In this document: positions 15,417 to 23,174 of the stretch, one piece after another | Layout of the letters: each line of letters begins with the position of its first letter | How positions within the stretch are numbered: position 1 is the stretch's first letter | Source: Xanthomonas campestris pv. campestris str. ATCC 33913 | Lineage (GTDB): Bacteria > Pseudomonadota > Gammaproteobacteria > Xanthomonadales > Xanthomonadaceae | Direction: 5' to 3' | Length of the DNA: 32,000 nucleotides | NCBI RefSeq assembly: GCF_000007145.1 | Contig: NC_003902.1 | Location: forward strand, 1,627,436 to 1,659,435 | Translations under genes and position numbers: made by a program | The notes under the pieces: generated by a model | The model's database searches: none | What the model saw: only the letters and a program-made list of their open reading frames with translations | Told to the model about the DNA's origin: nothing

Positions 15417-16253
15417 ATGCGGTGGTCGAACGTAGGTGGTGGGGTGCAGGGCTTGCTGGTGCTGGCGCTGTTGGCAGGTTGCAATCAACAAACGCCGGAG
15501 GCCGCGCAACCTGCGGCTGAGCAGGCACCGGCCGCGGCCGCCGAGCCGGCAGTGCAACCGGTGGCAGAAGGGCCGCTGCAGGATGTGATCGAACACGCGC
15601 CCGCCTACATGGTTGGTATCAGCTACCCGCCCGGGCTGGAGGCGCATCCAGAATTGCAGGCGCTGATTCGGGGCTATGCGCAGGACGCACGCAGCGAACT
15701 CATGCAGGCAGTGTCGGGGCTGGGCAACGACAAGCCCGCCGCACCGTACGAACTGTCGCTGGCATTTGAGAAGGTGCTGCAGAGCGCCGATCTCATCGTG
15801 GTGTCGGCCGACGGCAGCCGCTACACCGGCGGCGCGCATGGCGAACCGCTGGTGGCGCGCTTCGTCTGGCTGATCAAAGAGCGCAAGCAGCTCACCGCGC
15901 AGGCGCTGATTCCGGATCCGGCCGGCTGGGAGCAGATCGGGCAGGCGGTGGCGCAGCGCCTGCATGCGGCCGCCGAGCAACGCGTGGAAGCGGACCGCGT
16001 GCCAGTGGAAGAGCAAGCCGAACAGGTGGCCTCGGCCGATCGCATGATTGCCGAGGGCACTGCTGCGCAGGCGGATAACTTTGCGCAGTTCGTGCCGGTG
16101 TTGAATCCGGCCGGCAAAATCAGCGCACTGCGCTTCGTGTTTCCGCCTTATCAGGTGGGCCCGTATTCGGACGGCACGCAAACGGCCGAGATTCCCGCCG
16201 CAACATTGCTGACATGGGTAGCGCCGGAATATGCACATCTCTTCGCACGCTGA
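15417..16253 (+). CDS. Lipoprotein with DUF3298 (RsiV/PdaC-type) domain
   Basis: The track ORF starts at GTG 15411. ATG 15417 has better spacing to the AGGGGAG at 15401-15407. It has a lipobox (LALLAGC), a Pro/Ala/Glu-rich linker, and the DUF3298 hallmark YTGGAHG. Confidence 0.8.
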   Translation: MRWSNVGGGVQGLLVLALLAGCNQQTPEAAQPAAEQAPAAAAEPAVQPVAEGPLQDVIEHAPAYMVGISYPPGLEAHPELQALIRGYAQDARSELMQAVSGLGNDKPAAPYELSLAFEKVLQSADLIVVSADGSRYTGGAHGEPLVARFVWLIKERKQLTAQALIPDPAGWEQIGQAVAQRLHAAAEQRVEADRVPVEEQAEQVASADRMIAEGTAAQADNFAQFVPVLNPAGKISALRFVFPPYQVGPYSDGTQTAEIPAATLLTWVAPEYAHLFAR

Positions 16254-16278
16254 TACGTGCACGCGCCGACGATGTGTT

Positions 16279-16297
16279 TGAATGGTTTAGCCATTCA
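16279..16297. promoter_or_regulatory. Perfect inverted repeat TGAATGG-N5-CCATTCA; candidate autoregulatory operator of the downstream MarR gene
   Basis: Arms at 16279-16285 and 16291-16297 are exact reverse complements. The site is 21 nt upstream of the MarR ATG (16318), in an AT-rich patch. Confidence 0.45.
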
Positions 16298-16317
16298 GTA
16301 ATGTAATCAACGGTGCC

Positions 16318-16818
16318 ATGAGTAGCTTTGATCCAACCGCTAAACGCGTCGACCACACTTGCGAGCGTTACCCGCCTTTTCCCCGGGAGCCGGCCGTCCT
16401 GGTGCGGCTGATCAAGCACCTCTACAAGCGGCTGCACACCCAGGCCTGCGTGCGGCTCAAGCCGCATGGCATCAGCCCGCCGGAGTACGAAATCCTGATG
16501 ATGTTGTATGGGACGCCGGGGCAGGCAATCACGCCAACCGAAGTGGCAGAGGCGGCCAGTGAGAAGCCGGCCAACATCACCCGGCTGACCGATCAATTGC
16601 ACGAGAAAGGGCTGATTGCGCGCGCCAGCAGCCCGGACGACCGCCGCAAGATCACCTTGACGCTCTCGCCGGCTGGGCTGGCATTGATCGATCGGCTGTT
16701 GCCGGAGGCCTGCACCTTGCTGGATGCGGAGACCGCGCAGATCAGCGAGGCCGAGCAGGTGCGCCTTGAGAAACTGCTGAAGAAATTGCTCGCCGGCGTG
16801 GACGCAGTCGAACAGTAA
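16318..16818 (+). CDS. MarR-family transcriptional regulator
   Basis: 166-aa ORF with a MarR winged-helix core (ITPTEVAEAASEKPANITRLTDQLHEKGLIARASSPDDRRKITLTLSPAG). Confidence 0.9.
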   Translation: MSSFDPTAKRVDHTCERYPPFPREPAVLVRLIKHLYKRLHTQACVRLKPHGISPPEYEILMMLYGTPGQAITPTEVAEAASEKPANITRLTDQLHEKGLIARASSPDDRRKITLTLSPAGLALIDRLLPEACTLLDAETAQISEAEQVRLEKLLKKLLAGVDAVEQ

Positions 16819-16841
16819 TCGCTGCTTGCGGGCTTCAAACG

Positions 16842-16878
16842 ACAATGCCGCCTGGCAGTACCAGGCGGCATTGTTTTT
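16842..16878 (+). terminator. Intrinsic terminator after the MarR gene
   Basis: ACAATGCCGCCTGG-CAGTA-CCAGGCGGCATTGT forms a 14-bp perfect stem followed by TTTT, 24 nt after the stop. Confidence 0.85.
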
Positions 16879-17045
16879 AGAGCGGCTAACAAAAACGTAG
16901 CGAGCAGCCGTCAGGTGGGTGCGGACGGCGCGGAGGAACCGGAGTGTACGGGGGTACATGCCGATTCCGAGCACCGGCCGCGCCCGCGCCCGCCTGGCGG
17001 CTGCGCAGTCGTTTTGATAGTTGCTCTTAACCGAATCTCAAGCCG

Positions 17046-19244
17046 TTACGGCTTGGACTGCGGCGCTTCCGGCGTGGCGCCGTCGCCACCCTGTGCGCTG
17101 AGGCCGCGCTTCTCCAGCAAGGGCTCGATCTGCGGCGCATGCCCGGCGAAGTTCTGGAACAACTCCATCGCATCCACGCTACCGCCGCGCGAAAGCAGGG
17201 TCTGACGGAAGCGGTCGCCGTTGGCGCGGCTCAATCCGCCGTGCTGCTTGAACCACTGCTGCGTGTTGGCATCCAGCACTTCCGACCAGATATAGGCGTA
17301 GTAGCCGGCCGCATAGCCGCCCATGATGTGGCTGAAATACGGGGTCTTGTAGCGCGGCGGCACCGGCGGGTAGGCGATGCCGTCATCGGCCAGCGCCTTG
17401 GCTTCGAACGCCATTACGCCTGCGGCGTCCGGCACCTGGTTGGCGCTGATCTGGTGCCAGTTCTGGTCGAGCATGGCCGCACCCAGATACTCGGTAGTGG
17501 CAAAGCCCTGGTTGAACTTGGACGCGGCAATCACCTTGTCCAGCAATGCCTGCGGCATCGGCGTGCCGTTCTGATAATGCTTGGCGTAGTTCTTCAGGAT
17601 CGACGGCTCGTCGGCCCACATCTCGTTGACCTGCGAGGGAAACTCGACGAAGTCACGCGGCACGCTGGTGCCGGAGAAATACGGGTATTTCACGTCCGAG
17701 AACATGCCGTGCAAGGCATGGCCGAACTCATGGAACATGGTGGTCACCTCATCCCAGGTCAGCAGCGTCGGCTGGCCGGCCGGCGGCTTGGGGATGTTGA
17801 GGTGGTTGGCCACCACCGGCTTGAAACCGGTCAGCTCCGACTGCGAGACGTAGGAATTCATCCAGGCGCCACCGCGCTTGGATTCGCGCGCATACATGTC
17901 GGCAATGAAGATCGCCAGCTGCTTGCCGTCGGCGTCGAACACGTCATAGACGGTGATGTCGTCGCGGTAGGTCGGCAGGTCGGTGCGTTGCTTGAAGGTC
18001 AGGCCATATTCCTGGTTGGCTGCGTAGAACACGCCGTTTTCCAGCACGTTCTTCAGCTCGAAATACGGCTTGAGCTGCGACTCGTCGAAGTTGTACTTGG
18101 CCTGACGCACTTTCTCGCTGTAGTAGGCCCAATCCCAGGCTTCCAGCTTGAAGGTCGGCTTGCGTGCGGCCTTTTGTTCCTTGTCGATCATCGACTGCAG
18201 GTCGGCGGCCTCGCGCTTGGCGTTGGCCACCGCGGCCGGTGCCAGCTTGCCGAGCATCGCGTTGACCGCTTCAGGCGTCTTGGCGGTCTGGTTTTCCAGC
18301 GAATACGCAGCGTATGTGGGGAAGCCCAGCAGCTTGGCCTTGTTGGCACGCAGGGTCATGATGCGCGAGACCAGGGCGGTGTTGTCGTACTGGCCGCCAT
18401 GGCTGCCGCGCGACACCGAGGCGTCGTAGATCTTCCTGCGCAGCTCGCGGTTCTTGAGCTGGGTCAGCGGCGGCTGGCCGGTGGTGTTGAGCAGGGCGAT
18501 CACGTACTTGCCGTCGAGCTTGCGCGCCTTCGCCGCTTCGGCGGCGGCGGCGATCTGCTCGTCAGACAGGCCATCGAGCTGCTTGACGTCATCCACCACC
18601 ACGGCCGCGGCGTTGACCTCGGCCAGCACGTTCTGGCTGAAGGTGGTGCCCAGGTTGGCCAGCTCGGCGTTCATGGCCTTGAGCGTGGTCTTGTCGGCAT
18701 CGGACAGCTTGGCGCCATCGCGCACGAAATCGCTGTAGTACTTCTCGACCAGGCGCACGCCCTGCGCATCCAGGCCGAGCTTGCTGCGCTGGTCGTGCAG
18801 GGTCTGGATGCGCGCGAATAGCTTGCCGTTGAGCGAAATCGCATCGCGGTGCGCGGCAAACTTGGCCGAGTAGTCGGCCTGCAGTTTCTTGCGCGCATCG
18901 TTGGTGTCGGCGCCTACCAGGTTGAAGAACACCGTGGTGGCGCGATCCAGCGTGGCGCCGCTCTTTTCCAGCGCAATGATGGTGTTGTCGAAGGTCGGCT
19001 TGGCCTTCTGGTTGGCGATCGCGTCCACTTCCTTCAACTGCGCGGCCATGCCGGCGTCGAAGGCAGGCGCAAAGTCGCTGTCCTTGATCTTGTCGAACTG
19101 CGGGTAGTGCAGCGGCAGCGTGCTGTCGGCAAAGAACGGGTTGGCGGTCGCGGTCGCCTGGGCGGCGGCGGGTGCGGCGATGCTGTAGGACGGCATGGCA
19201 AGTCCCAGGGAAGCGGCCAGGGCAAAGGCAAGACGGGTGGTCAA
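17046..19244 (-). CDS. dcp: Peptidyl-dipeptidase Dcp (M3 family zinc metallopeptidase), secreted/periplasmic
   Basis: This is the frame of track ORF 17046..19361. It has the HEFGH zinc motif (TMFHEFGHALHGMF) and M3 architecture. I favour TTG 19244, with GGAG 8 nt upstream, because it yields a clean signal peptide (MTTRLAFALAASLGLAMPSYSIAAP). The longer form adds an implausible, non-signal-like N-terminal extension. Confidence 0.9.
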   Translation of the reverse strand: MTTRLAFALAASLGLAMPSYSIAAPAAAQATATANPFFADSTLPLHYPQFDKIKDSDFAPAFDAGMAAQLKEVDAIANQKAKPTFDNTIIALEKSGATLDRATTVFFNLVGADTNDARKKLQADYSAKFAAHRDAISLNGKLFARIQTLHDQRSKLGLDAQGVRLVEKYYSDFVRDGAKLSDADKTTLKAMNAELANLGTTFSQNVLAEVNAAAVVVDDVKQLDGLSDEQIAAAAEAAKARKLDGKYVIALLNTTGQPPLTQLKNRELRRKIYDASVSRGSHGGQYDNTALVSRIMTLRANKAKLLGFPTYAAYSLENQTAKTPEAVNAMLGKLAPAAVANAKREAADLQSMIDKEQKAARKPTFKLEAWDWAYYSEKVRQAKYNFDESQLKPYFELKNVLENGVFYAANQEYGLTFKQRTDLPTYRDDITVYDVFDADGKQLAIFIADMYARESKRGGAWMNSYVSQSELTGFKPVVANHLNIPKPPAGQPTLLTWDEVTTMFHEFGHALHGMFSDVKYPYFSGTSVPRDFVEFPSQVNEMWADEPSILKNYAKHYQNGTPMPQALLDKVIAASKFNQGFATTEYLGAAMLDQNWHQISANQVPDAAGVMAFEAKALADDGIAYPPVPPRYKTPYFSHIMGGYAAGYYAYIWSEVLDANTQQWFKQHGGLSRANGDRFRQTLLSRGGSVDAMELFQNFAGHAPQIEPLLEKRGLSAQGGDGATPEAPQSKP

Positions 19245-19417
19245 GAGCGTTACTCCAAAGTGCGAACCGCCGAGGCTAGCGCAGCCGGCCGGGACAGGCG
19301 TGTGACAAAAGGCATGGCCGCCAGGCAGACGCGAGCGTGGCGCGACATCGAGGTGGGACATTTCCTGGCTGTAGGCGACGCTGCGTTAGGCTTGCGGTTT
19401 CCGTTGCGGACCTGCCG

Positions 19418-19903
19418 ATGACCACGCTCTCCACCTACCAGTTCACCGACCTGGACGGTCAACCCCAGTCGCTGGCCGAGTACGCCGGCAAGGTGGTGCT
19501 CGTGGTCAACGTGGCCTCCAAATGCGGTTTTACGCCGCAGTACGCCGGCCTGCAGGCGCTGTGGCAGCGCTACCGCGATCGCGGGCTGGTGGTGATCGGG
19601 TTTCCCTGCGATCAGTTCGGTCATCAGGAGCCTGGAGATGCGGCGGACATCCGCCAGTTCTGCTCGCTGGACTACGCGGTGGATTTTCCGCTCGCGGCCA
19701 AGGTCGAGGTCAATGGCAGCGGCGCCCACCCGCTATGGCAATGGCTCAAGCACGAAAAACGCGGCGTGCTGGGCTCGGAAGCGATCAAGTGGAATTTCAC
19801 CAAATTCCTGATCGGCCGCGATGGCAGTGTGCTGGAGCGCTATGCGCCAACCACCAAGCCGGAGGCGCTGGCGGCGGATATCGAGCGCGCGCTCGGTGCG
19901 TGA
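19418..19903 (+). CDS. Glutathione peroxidase (Cys-type, BtuE-like)
   Basis: This is the frame of track ORF 19337..19903. I place the start at ATG 19418 (MTTLSTYQFTDLDGQ...). GPx motifs present: VVNVASKCGFT, GFPCDQFGHQEPG, KWNFTKFLI. Confidence 0.92.
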   Translation: MTTLSTYQFTDLDGQPQSLAEYAGKVVLVVNVASKCGFTPQYAGLQALWQRYRDRGLVVIGFPCDQFGHQEPGDAADIRQFCSLDYAVDFPLAAKVEVNGSGAHPLWQWLKHEKRGVLGSEAIKWNFTKFLIGRDGSVLERYAPTTKPEALAADIERALGA

Positions 19904-19924
19904 GTCGGTAAGTTGCGGCCTACC

Positions 19925-19992
19925 GTAGGAGCGCCCTCGGGCGCGATGAAGCGTTACCGGGAACGCCCCATCGCGCCCGGGTGCGCTCCTGT
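19925..19992. repeat. REP-type doublet (REPIN-like): two inverted GTAGGAGCG...CGCGATG palindromic units separated by 20 nt
   Basis: Unit 1 at 19925-19948 is GTAGGAGCGCCCTCGGGCGCGATG. Unit 2 at 19969-19992 is CATCGCGCCCGGGTGCGCTCCTGT. They are reverse-complementary at 20 of 24 positions. Each unit has an internal GC palindrome and the GTAG head typical of REP elements. The doublet lies between the convergent gpx and fpr genes. Confidence 0.7.
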
Positions 19993-20020
19993 GACGACGC
20001 GACGTGCTCGCGCAACAGCC

Positions 20021-20057
20021 AGATAAAACGCCGCACCACGCGAGGTCTTCGCGTGGT
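20021..20057 (-). terminator. Terminator-like hairpin after fpr (ACCACGCGA / TCGCGTGGT) with a nearby T-rich tract
   Basis: Perfect 9-bp arms at 20035-20043 and 20049-20057 with a 5-nt loop, beginning 5 nt after the fpr stop on the minus strand. GCGGCGTTTTAT follows. Confidence 0.5.
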
Positions 20058-20061
20058 TGCC

Positions 20062-20841
20062 TTACTTCTCGACGAACGCGCGCTCGAACACGTAATGGCC
20101 GGGGGTGCCGATGCGCGGCGAGGTTTCAAAGCCGCGTGCATCGAGCAGGGTGCGCAGGTCGGCCAGCATCTGCGGGCTGCCGCAGATCATGAAGCGGTCG
20201 TTGGCCGGATCCAGCGGCGGCAGCCCCAGCGTCTGCTGCATGCGGCCGTCGGCCATCAGCTCGGTCAGGCGGCCCTGGTTGGCGAACGCCTCACGCGTGA
20301 CTGCCGGGTAATACGCCAGCTTGTCGTGCAGGAGCTCGCCCAGGAATTCGTGCTGCGGCAGTTCGCGCTCGAAAAAATCGCGGTAGGCCAGGTCTTTTTC
20401 GAAGCGCACGCCGTGGGTGAGGATCACCTTGTCGAAGCGTTCGTAGGTTTCCGGGTCCTTGATGATCGACAGCCACGGCGCCAGGCCGGTGCCGGTGCCC
20501 AACAGGTACAGGTTGCGGCCCGGATGCAGGTCGCTGATCAGCAGCGTGCCGGTGGGCTTCTTGCCCACCAGGACCTTGTCGCCCGGCTGGATGTGCTGCA
20601 GGCGCGAGGTGAGCGGGCCGTCCTGCACCTTGATGCTGAAGAACTCCAGGTGTTCTTCCCAGTTGGCGCTGGCAATGGAGTAGGCGCGCAGCAGCGGCCG
20701 CGTCTCGGTCTCCAGGCCGATCATCACGAACTGACCATTCTCGAACCGGAAGCCGGCATCGCGGGTGGTGGTGAAGCTGAAGTAGGCGTCGGTCCAGTGG
20801 CGGACCTCAAGCACCGTTTCGGCGCCGAAAGCGGAAGACAT
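20062..20841 (-). CDS. fpr: Ferredoxin-NADP(+) reductase (bacterial Fpr type)
   Basis: 259-aa ORF with the FAD-binding RAYSIAS motif, the NADP-binding GTGLAP motif and a C-terminal ...HYVFERAFVEK, as in proteobacterial Fpr. Confidence 0.93.
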   Translation of the reverse strand: MSSAFGAETVLEVRHWTDAYFSFTTTRDAGFRFENGQFVMIGLETETRPLLRAYSIASANWEEHLEFFSIKVQDGPLTSRLQHIQPGDKVLVGKKPTGTLLISDLHPGRNLYLLGTGTGLAPWLSIIKDPETYERFDKVILTHGVRFEKDLAYRDFFERELPQHEFLGELLHDKLAYYPAVTREAFANQGRLTELMADGRMQQTLGLPPLDPANDRFMICGSPQMLADLRTLLDARGFETSPRIGTPGHYVFERAFVEK

Positions 20842-20887
20842 GCCGTTTAGTGTCGTAGTGAAGAGTGCCCGCCAATTCTACCTCAAG

Positions 20888-20920
20888 CCGGTCAAATGAG
20901 ATGAACTCTCATTTGGCCGG
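20888..20920. promoter_or_regulatory. 14-bp-stem palindrome CCGGTCAAATGAGA-TGAAC-TCTCATTTGGCCGG upstream of fpr
   Basis: Arms at 20888-20901 and 20907-20920 pair at 14 of 14 positions, one of them a T-G pair. The element is relatively AT-rich. It lies 47 nt upstream of the fpr ATG, next to a TAGAAT -10-like hexamer on the minus strand, and it abuts the heptamer element. Confidence 0.35.
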
Positions 20921-20925
20921 GAGTT

Positions 20926-21058
20926 GGGAATCGGGAATCGGGAATCGGGAATCGGTGCAGTGAGCGAGTGGGCCGGGCACGTTGGATCAGCACGCTCAGT
21001 CCCTCTCAGCCGCGGGAAGCTGCGTCTACCCATTCCCGAATCCCAATTCCCGATTCCC
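20926..21058. repeat. Inverted arrays of the heptamer GGGAATC (4 units on each side) flanking a 73-nt structured core
   Basis: Left arm 20926-20955: GGGAATC x4 + GG. Right arm 21029-21058, read on the minus strand: GGGAATC GGGAATT GGGATTC GGGAATG GG. The arms are complementary at 27 of 30 positions. The core 20956-21028 has nested stems (GCAG..CTGC, TGAGCG..CGCTCA). The right arm ends 6 nt before the ABC gene stop codon (21065-21067). Confidence 0.85.
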
Positions 21059-21064
21059 GCCCAA

Positions 21065-22948
21065 TCACCGATACCCCGCCGCCTGCAGCTCAAACAGCTC
21101 CGCATAGCGGCCGCCTTGTGCCATCAGTTCGGCGTGGGTCCCGCTTGCTTCGATGCGGCCATCGGCCAGTACCAGGATGCGGTCGGCCATGCGCACGCTG
21201 GAAAAACGGTGCGAGATCAGCACCGCGGTGCGGTTGTCGGACAATTCCTTGAAGCGCTGGAACACCTCGAACTCGCTGCGCGCATCCAGTGCGGCGGTGG
21301 GCTCGTCCAGGATCATCAGCTGCGCATCGCGCATGTAGGCGCGCGCGATGGCGATCTTCTGCCACTGCCCGCCCGACAGGTCCACGCTGTTCTTGAAGCG
21401 CCGTCCCACGAGCTGGTTGTAGCCATCGGGCAGGCTGTCGATCAGCTCGGTGGCCATCGCGCGTTGCGCGGCGGTGCGGATGCGATCGGTGTCGTCCATC
21501 GCATCCACCTGGCCCACGCCGATGTTCTCGCCGATGCTCAGGTGGTAGCGCACGAAGTCCTGGAAGATCACGCCCAGGTTGGCGCGCACATCGTCCAGGT
21601 CGTAATCGCGCAGGTCGTGGCCGTCGAGCAGGATGCGGCCTTCGTCCGGGTCGTACAGCCGCGCCAGCAGTTTCACCAAGGTGGTTTTGCCGGCGCCGTT
21701 TTCGCCGACCAGGGCCAGCACTTCGCCGGCGCGCAGCTCGAAATTCAGATGCTGCATCGTCCAGTGTTCGGCCTCCGGGTACCGGAAGCCCACGTCCTCG
21801 AACACGAAGCCCTGGCGGATCGGCCGCGGCACCGGCAGCGCGTTCGGGCGCGAGCGGATCTCCGGCACGATGTTGAAGAACGAATACAGATCGTCCAGAT
21901 ACAAGGCTTGCCCGGCGACCTGCGAAAACCCGATCAACAGGCCCTCCAGTAACTGGCGCAGGCGCAGGAAGCTGCCGGCCAGGAAGGTCAGATCGCCGAT
22001 GCTGAAATCGCCGCGCACCGTGCGCCAGGCGATGTAGCCATAGGCCGCGTAATAGCCCAGCGTGCCCAGTGCCGCCAGCAGCGCGCCCCACAGCGCGCGC
22101 TTGCGCGCCAGCGCGCGATTGGCCTGGAAGAACTTGTCGGCCAGCCGGCGGTAGCGCGTAATCAGAAACCGGTGCAGGTTGAGGATCTTCACTTCCTTGG
22201 CGGTTTCGACGCTGGCACCAACCTGGCGCAGGTAGTCGAGCTGGCGGCGCTCCGGGGTCCACTGGAAGTTGAGCGAATAGCCCAGCGCATTGAAATGCGC
22301 CTCGCCGATGAAGGCCGGAATCAACGCAATGGCCAGCAGCACGATCAACCAGGGCGCATACACCAGCAGGCCAACCGCAAGGCTGGCCACGGTGATCGCA
22401 TCCTGCACCTGGCCGAACAACTGGCTCATCAGGTTCATGCGGTTCATGGTCTGGCGGCGTGCGCGATCCAGCTTGTCCTGCCGGTCGGGGTCTTCGAAAT
22501 CCTCCAGATCCAGCTGCGCGGCGTGTTCCATCAGCCGCACGCTGGCCGCGTTGTTGAACAACTCCGACAGCAAGGCATCGGCGTAGCCGACCAGGCGGCC
22601 GAGCAGGTCCGAGCCGATCGCCAGCGCCAGTTCCAGCGCCAGCAACTCCAGCAGCCGGTTGAGCCGGCCGCTGGCCAATGCCTGGGTCAACGAATCGAAT
22701 GCCGGCGGTTGGCCCACCAGGTGGATCGCCTCGTCGATGATCAGCTTGCCGATGTACAACGTGGCGATCGGCATCAGCGCGCGCAGCACGCGCAGGCCGA
22801 TGCTGCTGGCGCTCAACCAGCGGCTGGTCTGCCAGATATGGCGCAGGAAGGGCGGCAGGTTGCGCAGCGCATCGAAGCGCTCGCGCAGGGTGGGGCCGGT
22901 ACGGGGGGCGGGCGCGCTGGCGCCGGGTCGGGATGCTGACATGGGCAT
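21065..22948 (-). CDS. Fused ABC exporter (6-TM permease domain + ATP-binding domain; MsbA/multidrug-exporter type)
   Basis: This is the frame of track ORF 21065..22990. Walker A GENGAGKTT, ABC signature LSGGQWQ, Walker B LMILDEPT and an N-terminal TMD are present. Start candidates are GTG 22990, ATG 22948 and ATG 22942, none with a clear SD. I list 22948. Confidence 0.9.
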   Translation of the reverse strand: MPMSASRPGASAPAPRTGPTLRERFDALRNLPPFLRHIWQTSRWLSASSIGLRVLRALMPIATLYIGKLIIDEAIHLVGQPPAFDSLTQALASGRLNRLLELLALELALAIGSDLLGRLVGYADALLSELFNNAASVRLMEHAAQLDLEDFEDPDRQDKLDRARRQTMNRMNLMSQLFGQVQDAITVASLAVGLLVYAPWLIVLLAIALIPAFIGEAHFNALGYSLNFQWTPERRQLDYLRQVGASVETAKEVKILNLHRFLITRYRRLADKFFQANRALARKRALWGALLAALGTLGYYAAYGYIAWRTVRGDFSIGDLTFLAGSFLRLRQLLEGLLIGFSQVAGQALYLDDLYSFFNIVPEIRSRPNALPVPRPIRQGFVFEDVGFRYPEAEHWTMQHLNFELRAGEVLALVGENGAGKTTLVKLLARLYDPDEGRILLDGHDLRDYDLDDVRANLGVIFQDFVRYHLSIGENIGVGQVDAMDDTDRIRTAAQRAMATELIDSLPDGYNQLVGRRFKNSVDLSGGQWQKIAIARAYMRDAQLMILDEPTAALDARSEFEVFQRFKELSDNRTAVLISHRFSSVRMADRILVLADGRIEASGTHAELMAQGGRYAELFELQAAGYR

Positions 22949-23174
22949 AGTGTGCCGGGGGCCGCGTGCGCTGGGGGTGTTGGGCGCCACAGCGGAGCAG
23001 GGCGGCGGTGCATTGCCTGCCCGCGCCCGCGATCAGGTGCGGCGCCGCGAGCGCCCACACGTCCATGCGCCACGCGATCGCCGCGTGCAACGCTGCCTTC
23101 TCCTGGCTGCGCCGGCCTGGCCGGCGGTTTGGACTAAAATGCCCGGATTGCCCCCGCCAGCCGTAGAGCCAGCC

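Noticed and set aside
16879-17045. 167-nt spacer after the MarR terminator, considered as a possible sRNA or riboswitch
   Set aside because: I see only short imperfect stems (e.g. GTGTAC-GGGG-GTACAT) and no promoter-terminator pair or known RNA-family signature. It is probably just the dcp 3' region.
20926-21058. Heptamer arrays as a CRISPR array or as a simple microsatellite
   Set aside because: The units are 7 nt with no spacers, so this is not CRISPR. It is not a plain microsatellite either, because two arrays occur in inverted orientation around a structured core. It is kept as a finding under a different interpretation.
20878-21105. 75-aa minus ORF and the N-terminus of the 342-aa plus ORF (20924..21952) running through the heptamer arrays
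   Set aside because: Their 'protein' is just the translated repeat (GIGNRESGIG / IPDSRFPIPNSR). The 342-aa ORF then continues antisense into the ABC gene. No coding signature.
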